From the NCBI GenBank assembly GCA_002104905.1, contig MCFE01000597.1, forward strand, positions 1 through 54,798: a DNA stretch of 54,798 nt, read 5' to 3'. Source of the DNA: Basidiobolus meristosporus CBS 931.73 (taxonomy: Eukaryota; Fungi; Basidiobolomycota). Position 1 is the first letter of the stretch; each line of letters opens with the position of its first letter. The position numbers were made by a program, and so were the translations under genes. This document shows, one piece after another, positions 1-11,449 of this stretch. The notes under the pieces are model-generated. The model was not told the DNA's origin. It saw only the letters and a program-made list of their open reading frames with translations, and made no database searches.

Positions 1-328
1 ACGATTGATTGATAAGTAGACAGAGTGTTTAGGGTTTCGAGTTGCTGATGAGAGCCAAGTAGCCGGGGCATTTCGTTACCTTCAATCACACCCTCTTAAG
101 CGTGACGAAATATCCATTTCTAGACTTTGTGTCTATACCGTTGAGCTGGCTCAACTTCAGTCAGCCTATTTCACATCATTGCATTGCGCTGCTGTCAGCA
201 ACAAGAATCATCAAATCTCGAAGTTAATTCGACCACACCTTCACGGTCTGAGATAGGTAAACATGGGATACACATATGAGGAATAAAAAACAGAGGGGAG
301 AGCCGTTGCATTTCTGCTGCTTTTTAAA

Positions 329-1386
329 AGGAACCTCCTCGTGTTCTTAGCCTTTGGTGCCATCGCCTCCTCTGCTATTGACTCTTCCCAGGATTCTTGC
401 CCAATAAATAACAACTCTTGCGCCATATCTAACGCTGATTTGTGCCGCGTCCCGCCCTACGGGATTTTTGTCCTCACTCAACAGGTATGTCCCATCAACA
501 AGAAACCCCTTGTGCAGCAGCCAAGTAATCCAGTGAATCCATGGTCCCGAGGATGCCTTTACGCTACATGGGCTATGGCCAGACACTTGGTAAGCGACTT
601 TCAGTATCCATTTTGTAAATGGTGTTACAGAGTTCTTTTTGATCTAGCTCTGGCGGCCAAGGTACATCTGATGGCCGTGATTCATTCAGGGCCTACTTGG
701 AAGTTGAAAAGATTGTCCGAGATGCTAACAGTACCCTTTACTATCAAATGAAGCTCTACTGGTCTTCCTACAACGGTGACAATGGCATCTTCTGGTGAGC
801 GGACTTTCGCCGACTTTTCACCACTGAGCACTAATGAATTTTGGCCGGACATGTAGGGAGTATCAATGGAGCAAGCACGGAACTTGCGTATCGATCCTAA
901 ACCCAGCGTGCTATGACTCAAGCTATCGCAAAGAGCTACCGGCATTGTACATGGACTGACTCACAGGTGTACTGCTTACTGCTAACTGCAACTAGACATC
1001 ACAGTATCGCCACGAAGCTAAGCCTTATATGGATTTGATGGAATTGGTTGGTGTATATGCAATGCTGATTCTCATGCTGCCTTCTTGGTTATCCCAAACA
1101 CCACGGTTCATAGCACAATGAAAAGTGTAGATGACTAGTGTTACTGAGCGTGTAACTAGTTTTTTTGAGAGTAGCCGCTTTGACAGCACTTGAATTTCTG
1201 CTATTTTCCTACGTTCCTCGTACAAAGTTTTTGCAAGGGAGCAACTATCTTACAATACCATCAATAGATGACCTGGTGCTTCGAAGTAGCCAAGAGATAT
1301 TTATTCAAAATTGTAGCCATAGCACCCATTGCATCCAGATAGTGTACTTTCGTAGCCAGATGGAGCAATGGTGGGGGCACCCTTAG
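329..1386 (+). pseudogene. Ribonuclease T2 family gene, intron-containing, probably pseudogenised (3' exon structure uncertain)
   Basis: Spliced manually. Exon ~329-484 reads (R)NLLVFLAFGAIASSAIDS...CRVPPYGIFVLTQQ, which is signal-peptide-like. Intron 485-533 (GTATGT..CAG). Exon 534-589 reads *IHGPEDAFTLHGLWPDT and contains the CAS I motif. Intron 590-647 (GTAAGC..TAG). Exon 648-794 ends ...YWSSYNGDNGIFW. Intron 795-856 (GTGAGC..TAG). The exon from 857 reads EYQWSKHGTCVSILNPACYDSSY and contains the CAS II motif. There is no in-frame ATG (AGG at 329-331), and in-frame TGA occurs at 534-536 and 957-959. ORF 1165-1386 (..NCSHSTHCIQIVYF..) may be the remnant last exon. Confidence 0.8.
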
Positions 1387-1389
1387 TCT

Positions 1390-2517
1390 CTAGACGCGCT
1401 TACCAAGCCCAGCTTTTTCGTACACCATATCGATCGACTTCATCGAGCTCAAGAAGTCATCCCCATCAACTGCGCTATTTTCATCGACCTGATGCCAAAA
1501 TGGATCTTTGGTTACATTGAAGACTCTTCTTGCGAAGGTTTCTAGTTGGTACCGATATGTGCTATACCAGTCTACCTGCTCCGGCTGGTTGGGATACCGA
1601 TATATAGATTCGGTCACTGATTCTCCACCTTTAAGCTCCATCACGGTGAGTGCGTTGTGATTGTGAGGAAGTACATACCCATCCAGTGTTAGACAATGGG
1701 ATTCTGTATAAACCTTGACGATTTGCACCTCCTCTTTTAGCCCTTCTTTGCTCAACCCACATTCGATATGGGCCGTTCTTCCGTTCCCGAAATCAAGGTC
1801 TGCCTCAATCTCGTTATCGATTCTCTTATCGCCACCAGGTAAATGAGTAGCCTTCGCATTCGTACATTCAATAGGCTCCGCAGCAAAGAAGTACCGGCAA
1901 GCGGACAACACGTAGCCGAGATCCATCAAGGCCCCACCTGCGAACTCGAAGTCGTACCGGAAATCGGTAGGCTGGCAGACTCCCGGCACCAGAAAGAACT
2001 GGGCCTCAATGCGTGTAGGGGCGCCGTACTTTTTAGAAGCCAGTAGCTCGCGTACGTGCTGCATGAACGGGTGAAACCGGTTATGGAAAGCCTCGAGGAG
2101 GACCAGATTTTTCGCCTGCGCCTTGTTTAATAACTCCAGGGCCTGCTCAGCGTTAGAAGCGCCGGGCTTTTCGACCAGTACGTGTTTCCCCGAGTTGAGC
2201 GCTCGTAGGGTCCAACTGTGATGCAAACTGTTGGGCAGGGCGTTGTAGATGGCGTCAACCTCGGGGTCGTTGACGAGCGCCTCGTAGTCCTCATATACTT
2301 TGGGGAGGCTCCACTTTTGAGCGTACTCGGTGGCTCGAGCTTTGTCACGAGCAGCAACACCAGCGATGATGACGGACGACATGGACTTTGCTGGTCGGAT
2401 GACGGCGTTAGGGGCGATATTGGAGGCACCCAAGAGGCCAATTCGCAGTGCGTTGGGTTCTTTGTTGCTTTCGACTGGATTGTTAATAAGGTCACGACGC
2501 TGCTTGTCCGTCATCAT
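1390..2517 (-). CDS. Gfo/Idh/MocA family NAD(P)-dependent oxidoreductase (dihydrodiol/D-xylose dehydrogenase-like), 375 aa, intronless
   Basis: Intact ORF. It shows the Rossmann start LRIGLLGASNIA, the family motif HVLVEKP, EAFHNRFHP and the catalytic-region motif GGALMDLGY. CpG content is normal. Confidence 0.92.
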   Translation of the reverse strand: MMTDKQRRDLINNPVESNKEPNALRIGLLGASNIAPNAVIRPAKSMSSVIIAGVAARDKARATEYAQKWSLPKVYEDYEALVNDPEVDAIYNALPNSLHHSWTLRALNSGKHVLVEKPGASNAEQALELLNKAQAKNLVLLEAFHNRFHPFMQHVRELLASKKYGAPTRIEAQFFLVPGVCQPTDFRYDFEFAGGALMDLGYVLSACRYFFAAEPIECTNAKATHLPGGDKRIDNEIEADLDFGNGRTAHIECGLSKEGLKEEVQIVKVYTESHCLTLDGYVLPHNHNALTVMELKGGESVTESIYRYPNQPEQVDWYSTYRYQLETFARRVFNVTKDPFWHQVDENSAVDGDDFLSSMKSIDMVYEKAGLGKRV

Positions 2518-3200
2518 GGATACTTCGATCGTCCTGCCATCAGAGGATTGGTGTGGCCGTATTTATATGAGCTCATCCGGTCACATGTCGTCAGACAGTC
2601 AATCCGCATAAGGCACAAACTACATACCACACTATCATTAGCAATCATCGATCTGCCATGAAAATTTCCGAGTAAACGCCAAATGCCGGTTGGTTTCGAC
2701 CAATCGCAGCATTCAAGAGGAAATCAGGAGCCAGAAAACCCATTCCGCCTTGCAGAGGCCCGCAATTTTGAAATCACCCCCAACTGGAAAGGTGGTGATC
2801 ACGTATTGCTCCGTCACGGTGGTTGCTGTATTCATAAGGTGGCGAGGGCATTTGGGAGGTGCATCGATTAAAGCTTGTATGAAGGTGATAAGATACGCAC
2901 ATTGCAAACCTTCTACGGTCAAACGTCGTCCATAAGCATATCTCTTTCCGGATCTATGATTATTTCAGTCAAGAACTGCAAAAATCAATCGAACAGATGA
3001 CTAGTATTTTAACAGGTCATAACTGTACAATCCGGCACGTATCACAAGCGTCATAAAATGCGTCATGCAAGGTGCAGAAAGGCTGGGAGCCCAAATATTG
3101 TTGATGTGCTTTTTTATTGGGCATAAATATCAATAGTGGTGGGCAATGGAATCTGGGCAAGCATACTCTTGCTTGGCAGCACTATAGCAGTGTAGACATA

Positions 3201-4100
3201 AGACTTGTTCCATTGGATAGTGCGACATAGTGCCAGCCTGTTTTAGTGCTGGATCAATCTGGCACTCTACGGCACTATCTGACACTCTAATTTTTACCAT
3301 TATGCCAGTGGTAGGATACAGTTACTGGTATTTTTACTCAATCTTACTTGTGTTGCTTAGAACAGTGCTTATCTTGCTTTATTTAACTTCATAATGCTCC
3401 AGACACCTTTCTCTCAGTGGATGTCTTCTTGTATGAATATACTGTGCATCAATAGGTATCTTAACTATTTTACCTATTCTGCTATTTTCTCCTATATATG
3501 ACTTTCCTCTGTATTTACCTGCTAATATGCTGAATCTCTTTAGATATCCAAATGTATGCTCTACTCTCACTCTGAAATGATTAAATATCTCATTGTAGAG
3601 CTTCTGCTTCCTGCTAAGCACTCCATTCCTTGGCTTCCTATGAGCAGTAATACATCCTGATCTCTGGGAATCCTCTCCTACATAAGATAAGTCTGCCATA
3701 CATTTCTCTCCTCTACTGGACCAGATGAAGTCACCCTCAATGTCAGACAGTGCTTGAAACTTCACACAGTGTGCCTTGAATTTACCAGAATAAAAGTGCC
3801 TCTGCCCTCCAGAAGGTCTGTTAATCCTGACTGAAAGGTATCCAAAATACTCCTAATATAGAACCTGTTGCTGAACACTCTGGGATATGGCAGACTATTG
3901 GAGCTTCTGAACCTAGTATTCCAAGCTTGCTCTGAGTCATTCATACCCTCTGCAAGGTGGTTCTCCATTGCTGTCTGCTGGGAATGAAAGCTTTTAAGAC
4001 TTCTGTTGCCATGAATGATGTGATGAAACCTTGTAGGGCAATAGTTCTTGTTATAGCAGAGAAGCTTAACAATGGATCTCCTTGGGTAGACTGGGGTAGA
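3201..4100 (-). mobile_element. Decayed DNA transposon of the IS5/PIF-Harbinger/ISL2EU group (DDE_Tnp_4-type transposase) with one visible TIR
   Basis: Joining across a frameshift near 3835 gives ILDTF..VRINRPSGGQRHFYSGKFKAHCVKFQALSD...ADLSYVG...HRKPRNGVLSRKQKLYNEIFNHFRVRVEHTFGYLKRFSIL, matching DDE_Tnp_4 motifs (DxGY, N..S..RV.VEH.FG.LK). The TIR AGACTTGTTCCATTGGATAGTGC starts at 3201, followed by GGCACT(A/C)T subterminal repeats. The other end was not found, so the right boundary is approximate. Confidence 0.8.
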
Positions 4101-6185
4101 TGGTCCACAGTACTTGGAATAGATCTCCTCTAATGTGTCAAATGGAAATTTAGTGGTGTTGATGGGATTGTTGAGAAAATACTATTCCAATGAGTAAGGC
4201 ATATCAGGATTGGTATGCAATTGAATTGTGATGATATGAATTGATTTGGTGCAATCAGCTTGATTTATCTGATATTCCATGTATTATGAATAAATCTCCA
4301 TCAATTGCCATGTATCCCATCATTATGTTGCAAAAATCATCCTCAAACAATGACTTGGTGACTTTTTAATGATTTACTTACATGTTTATAATTGAATCGG
4401 AAATCTGCAATTGATGTGATATGATCTGTGTCAATGGAATCCAAGAAGCATCATGCTTAGTATATGGAAAACCCAACAATCCCATTAGTTTTCATGCATA
4501 TTGCATATCAGACCAGGTTGATGCCAATATACTACTGTATAAGTATTGAAATCTGTCACTGTGGTCCCTATACCAAGTCTTAACTTATCTTTAGTACCAT
4601 CCAGACAAAATACATCCCCCAGCTCACAAGCATGGTCTGGACTGGAAAAGTCTATGTTGGATCTATTCAAGCTCTTGCCAAGTGCTTTTAATATGGCCCA
4701 AGTGTCTATGATGAGCCTTCATACAGATACATATGCACTACTCATTAATCTAGCAGAACTGGGTACCTCAGAGAGTTGACAGAGATGGAAGAATCCAAGT
4801 AGAAAGCTATGGCATGAGTTATACATCAAGATACCAGCAGATGTATGTAAGAAGATATATAAAAAGACAAGTACTGAAATCAAGATTGAGCTGACTGTGA
4901 GGGCATTTGATGAGGAAGCCGCATGCAATCTATGCAGTATGGGCTGGACATGTCTGTTTGTGCCTCAACTTTGGGAACTAAAGAGATTTTGAATGAGTTG
5001 TTGCCTCAAATGACTAATGCTCTATGTGATATACTAGTAGAGCTAAGTGGCTTCTGAGAGCAATACACACAGGACTCATCAAGGCAACATTTACAAAGTA
5101 TCAGACCAAGGGTAAGTGGGTACCTTGAGGAATCAGAAGGCATGAAGTCAACACATGTCAGTTCAATGTGCATGCTTCAGAGCAAAACCACCAGAACTTA
5201 CCAAACTACTCATTTGAACACAAGTGCATTGGAGTGGGCCAAGTTGTGTCAACATGTAACCTCACACCAAACTCAGCCAAGGGCTATACCAACACATCAA
5301 GTTGCACCTGCACATGCCAGCACACCTGAACATCAGCAAGTTACTTCTGGTGAACTGACTGATATTGACCCACATGAAGTGCTTCCACCACCAGAGGCTT
5401 AGGCAAATAAATGAATGCATCAGCATGTGGCACTTCAGGCTGGTTCCATAATATCTTCTGGAGCAATTCAGCACAGCCAAGCTCTAGCAATGCACTCATC
5501 AACTAGGAGGCAAAACACTGACTACAAGCACACAAGTAGCCAAGATGATAGTCAACAAGGAAGTAATTCAGGTGTGCAAAGTGAATTACAACCAAAAGCT
5601 TCAGCAGTAATCCCTGTGAGAAAAAATCTAGGAGAAGCTGATACAATTGCATTGAGTTGCTACAATTTGTCATGATCCAAATAGTTCATTTTTTGCAATC
5701 CAAATCAAGCCATTGCACATCAGTGATCACTAGATTTTTGTTGTAAGTAATATCAAGGTTGCTTCACATTTGATACAGAGCCCCTATAATAAACATCCTG
5801 CATATGTATACATCATCTGTAACACCAGTGCAGCTATTTGATCTGATTAGCACCTACACAATTGGTTGTGTGCTTGCTATGACACCTTGCCCAATCACTA
5901 AGATTAGGGATTTACTTGCTCAATGGGCAAAATAGGTTATTTGATGGCAATTTAGGTAGTTTGTGTATTGGTCAATGAGTAAATTGGGGGCTAAGAGCTT
6001 CAGACTACTTTTAAACCAATCAGTTATTGACATACCATCCAATTGGAGCAATTGTCACAAAAATGGTAAGTATCAGTGTAACTTAGAATGTGAAACATAT
6101 TTATTTCCATTTACATTAAAGCAGCATATCTAAGTACTGGATTTTACCTACCACAATAATGGTATTCAATTGCGCATGTGCTGCA

Positions 6186-6534
6186 TGTTGTAAGAGTCTT
6201 GGAGATATTGGAAGTGATTGGGAGGACAAGTAGATTATGTGGTTTTCACTTAATGATTTATTGAATGTAAAAGTAGTATTTATACTTTTACCTGGTCTTG
6301 GCATTACATACACATAGAATAGGTTAAGGAAGGTCCCAAGAACATGTGTGCAAAGTTTGGGGCTGTTTGGACAACTTTGAGAATTTTCATGTTCTGGGTA
6401 CCTGGTATTTTGGTGAAAATATTCTAAGTAAATCCCAACAAGGAATTTGGTCAGTATTCTCTAGGATTTGAAGGTGATGATCTAAGTGACTAAGTTAGGT
6501 GAATATTTAGGTGGAAATACAAATTTTTACAACA
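6186..6534 (-). mobile_element. Copia solo LTR (349 bp) with intact 5-bp TSD
   Basis: Bounded by TGTTGTAA...TTACAACA and flanked on both sides by CTGCA (6181-6185, 6535-6539). It is close to identical to the LTR at 42724-43072. Confidence 0.93.
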
Positions 6535-9509
6535 CTGCAAGCATTACAAGTTGACACAATTGCTTGTGCCAACCTCATTGTGTCCAATTCTGCCATAGTG
6601 TGTGAGATTGCCCCACATAGTGCAAAATAGTCCAAGAGTAATCCTGCCTACTGGTAGCTACAATACCATGCCCAATTGTTCTTTGCAACTGTGGATTGCA
6701 CTGTGCACCCTGGCACAGTACAATGGAACAGGTCTATACCATTTGTGTTACAACCTGCTGGCTTGTACTCATAGTGTTCTCAAAATTTTGTTGGTCAGAT
6801 TGGGCACCATTGAGGAGTACCAAGTTGAGTGTACCAAGATTTTGTTGGTTTATGGCATCAAAGTTGCTGTTGTTATTGTGTAGCCTTATGAGCATAGCAT
6901 TTGCAATGCACTAGCTTGAAGCTTGACACACAATGTAGTTATTTAGTACTGCAGGTACTATCTTGGGACTCAAGATTCTAAACACCATAGATGTGGGGTA
7001 CCTAACTTCAGTACTATCTGTTTCTGAAGGCTACTGCATTCTGTGCATGGTGGCTGAAAAGAGAAAACTCTTTGTTTGACAAGTTTCAAATCTCAGCCTA
7101 TTGAAATAATCTCCCTCTACCCCTGACTTAGTGTTGGACTCCTCTAACCTGATCCCAGAAATATGGGTGGTGTCAAGTCTGATATAAGGATCCCTTGGGC
7201 TTGACATAATTTGCAAGATAGCAACCCTTACCATCATGTATGTCAGACTATCAGGTGTTTAGATCAATTGCTTTATCTGGTACCCAGCTGGCCTTTGCTA
7301 GCTGGTCCCTTTATAGACTGAGTGAAGCACTTGCCCAGAGCTACATTGCTTACTCTGAAATATGATAAAGTAGTATTTCTATTTTCTATATGTTGATCAG
7401 ATGATAGATTCTTGCTTTTAAAACTACACTGCAGCATCTGGTCATATTGCTTATTATGCCTTGAAGTCTCTGCCAACAACTCTATGCAAAATAAATGTGA
7501 TGGTCCTGTCAAATGGATGTCACATAATTTAAGTCCCATGACTAAGAGATATTGATGCCAGTAAGAAACTGTACCAAAACAGCTGGAAAAAATGAACCCC
7601 AGATAATGCAAAAAAATGTCTCAAATGTTCTCATCACAATGGTCCGTAGGTTGCTTTTGATTGTTGCTCTAGCTTTTATCTCACTTTCTGACACAAGATG
7701 TTCAATCTTATCTTATGTTAATGTATATTGATGCATTATGAAGCAGCACTCCAACCTCTTGGTGTGCCTATTAATGTTCCAAAATTCTACTATTGGCATT
7801 GCAATGTTGTTACTTTGCATATCTGTGGGGTCATCATTCTGTCTACAAATGAAGGATGTGAAGGCTGTGGTAGACAAATTGCCTTTCTTGAATACTCATT
7901 TATCCTAGTATGGTGGATTTCAATTGTCTAAGCTTCAAGAATCTGTGAAAACAGTTGTTGTCATGCTGGTAATTCTTCTTGGCTATCACAGGTGTCAGAT
8001 TGTGCTAGGTGGATGGCATCAATTGGTGGCAACTGCAGCTTTTCTCTCACACTTTGGAGTCTTTGCCTTGGGTGGGCTTTTTTTCTTCTCCTTTCCACTT
8101 ACCACTGATGGGTTGTTTACTGCACTTTCACTGTCTCTAAGAAAAATATTCAACAAGCAGCCACCATAATGCAGACTAAATATCAGCTGAGTTCCAAGTT
8201 TCTCAAAACTGATAGTTCTCTATTTCTCAGGTGCCAGCTATTGACCAGACAAGTAAGTCTATTTTCCAGGAGGAGACTGAGCCAATCAGCATTCACACCA
8301 AACTTTGTAACTAGCTTATCATTACTTCTATTGAATATTGCAATTGAAAATTTGAGCAACAAAAACAATCTGTTTACCAGCAAAATGTCATTAGAATCCC
8401 AGCCAATAATAAGCTAAAGATCAGATGAACTTCAAGCATGAGATCTCCCATGGAGTAAGTGCTTCTTGTACTGCTGTACATCTTTTTCTTGTTAAATGCT
8501 ATAGCAGTGCCTCTGTTTGTGCTTCTTTGTCCCTTTCCAGCACTCTTCTATCTACCTCATGGTTCTTTACCGCTTCTTTTGAGCATGCAGCTCTGCTTGA
8601 GGTGGGCCCTTGAGAAGCTACTAGACTTTGACCATGGCACCCTTGTACCTCTGTCTTTGATTATTTTGAATACTATTGCAATATCCTATTAGCACACTGA
8701 TTCTGGTCTAAGATCCATTTGCTTGTTTGAATTCAGAATAATGTATATAGAACTAGTCAAGCACAATCTACTTGGCCTTAGGCTCCTGGTGATCCCGCTG
8801 TATGCCAGCCTGTAGATGATTGCATGTCAGCCTTTTCAAGGCCTTGTAAACATTAGCTCACTCTGTGGTAATGGAAAGTACTCTATTACTACAATATCTC
8901 AAAATTAATATTGCACTCATTTCTTTATTTCGCTTTTTGCTATCATAGCACACAAGTGAAAGATCAAGAAGTTTCAGCTTTGAAGGACAAATACTCCAGA
9001 CCCTGACAAGCAATTCACCCAAAAAATTATGTCATACAGAACACACAGTAGCCAACATATGTTTCAAATTACAGCTCATTTGAAGCAGCACTTAAGGAGT
9101 TATGACCAAAAGAGTCCAATTGTTACATATACTAGGCCTCTATTGCAAGGATTACCATTGTGACTTTGATCACATGTAACTTTCAGACCAGCCAATAAAA
9201 TCATGTGATATATTTGCAGGTGCTGCGCCTATGTTTGATCTACAACACTGCACAATTTTAGCTTTGGATTGTGTGTATTGTTTGCGCAATTGTCCAAAAA
9301 CTTTGATCCTTCAGAAATTTCAAATGTATGACTTCCCCAGCTAAAAAAAAAGGGAGCCTCTCTTTCCAGAATCTCCCCACTATTATTACAAGTTTATAGA
9401 TTATAAGACTTCCCCTGCATCACTTGCACTGTTGAGTATTCTGACTTTGATCAGTACTACATCAGTAAAGATACCACAAAGCTAACAAGAATCCAATCTA
9501 AGTTCTACA

Positions 9510-9680
9510 AGAAACTACCACTTTTCTGCTGAAAAAGTCCCCTCTAAGAAACCCCTTTACTCTGAAGACTCCCCTTTAAGAAACATCTTTACTCTAAAGA
9601 AGCCCCTTTACTCTTAAGACACCCCTTTGATCCAAAGACCCCTTTAGAGACTTCTACAACACACCCCTTTAGGTTAAAGG
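9510..9680. repeat. Degenerate short tandem repeat built on CCCCTTT(A)CTCT(G/A/T)AAGA
   Basis: About 8-9 imperfect copies are visible, e.g. CCCCTTTACTCTGAAGAC, CCCCTTTACTCTTAAGAC, CCCCTTTGATCCAAAGAC. Confidence 0.55.
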
Positions 9681-11449
9681 GGAGTTCAGAATCTCTACTT
9701 TAGAAAATATTTTCTCAGAAAGGAAAGTGACTTCCAAACAAGGAAAAGTTACTCTGAAAGTAAATAAGCTCAATAGTCAACAGAAGGTCATAACTCTGCT
9801 TCAGAAGTGAGAATCACTGTCTATAGTATATTTTGAGCCTAAGATTTAGGATATTAGTCAAAGTTATATCTTCCATTGGTATATCAAACTCCCAATAAAT
9901 TATTTCAGTATTGGCATACTGGAAGTTGTTGTATATTGTTGATTAGCCTCTACATTTTAGAATAAGCCCTAAAATAATCATAATGCAACACAACAACTCC
10001 TCAGCAGTGTGCTCTGCAGCTTCATAGATCTCAATGTCTTTTGACTCTTGAGTTTTGGCTTGCATATCAGAGTTTCTCCATCACATGCTATGACAGGTTT
10101 TTTTGTGGGCTTAATCTTTGGGCACTTTTGTTGTATTTAAAAGACTGTACAGTAGTACTCTGCTGTTACATCATGAAATGGGGTAGTCCTGGTCTGTGAA
10201 ATAACACCACTTGAGTCCCTTCTTGGTGGAAAATGTACTGCACTCTATACCTGAGGTATTGAATCCTTTGCATGTATTATTCACTTATCCAGTCTCCAGA
10301 CTTTTTCCTGATTTCTCCATGCAATTGCATTTGTGGAGCTAGCCACTGCACTCAATTACCTCATCAATGCTCTGGTACTAGATGAATACATGCCTCAAAA
10401 TACTGGAGGAGATAATGTTATGATGTTCATTTGCTAGCTACACCAGTAGCAAGGCAATTGCTACCTACTCATCTTCCTGATTCTTATGGTCAGCTTGTGG
10501 CTCTGCAAAGATTTGCAATAGGATATTTACTTGAATGAGATTTTGGGAAGTCTGCATTACTTCCTTCAAGGAGCACACTGATAATAAGATTTTTTTCAGA
10601 TATAGCCCTACTTATGCAGGTCAAACCAAAATGTTGTCTAACTGTTCTCCTGCTGATCAGGTTCTTGCAATAAGGATGTCTTAATGCCAGTAGCTTGGAC
10701 TTATTGACCTTCCACACTATCTTGTGATGAGATTGTAACAGGGTTTGCCGGTTTTATTGCCAAGAAGAGTTAAAAATTTGATGGTTTTTAGCAGTGTTTT
10801 GGCAAGAATTGTACAGCTTCTTTACATCCTTGATGCAGTCAACATTTATTTGAGCAGACTTAACTGGCCAATACATCCAGCTGCCATTTATGGCAAAATA
10901 TATAACAGTGTTCTGACAGCATTTTAGAGGACCTCTGCTGCCATTTTAACTGTAGTAAAGCAGCCCACAGATAATTCTCTATAATGCTACTGTACCACCT
11001 TACCAAACAATATTTCCTTTTCTACCTCTCCTTATGCCACTTATATATTCCATTCAAGAATCACCCCTCTTTATTTGCCTACCATCTACTACCACAGGCA
11101 TTTGACTTGAAACTTGAATTAAAAAGAGCTATGGCCTTCTGCTTACTAATCACAACTTGAGCACACTCCATGTGCAATTGGCGCACTTTTATCACCCCAA
11201 CTTGATGACTTTAAGTGTGATAGTTTGTGTAGAAGTTGGCTTGTGACCTGGAGAAGCCTGGCATACTTTGGTAAAGCTGTCCTTATAAAAATTAGTTTCT
11301 TATTGTGCCCAACCCTATGCTGCATTACTTATCTGATTACTCACACATTGGGGCTGCTTAGCTTCTGAATGCCAGTCCTAAAGGTGTCCGCATGTGCATA
11401 TCTGTCCTTAGTTTTATCCACTCTTCCTAGCTCTCATCTGTATGCCAAT

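Noticed and set aside
534-536. UGA read as Trp (alternative nuclear code)
   Set aside because: All other Trp positions use TGG, TGA ends the Ty3 gag, and the gene has other lesions, so a nonsense mutation is simpler.
241-945. Minus-strand ORFs 241-426, 347-586 and 682-945 as a separate gene
   Set aside because: They are antisense to the RNase T2 exons, which have clear CAS I/II motifs and + strand splice signals.
4500-5700. Possible Crypton/tyrosine-recombinase or second transposon ORF
   Set aside because: Only a vague resemblance, with no catalytic R-H-R-Y motif recognisable. Treated as unclassified decayed repeat DNA.
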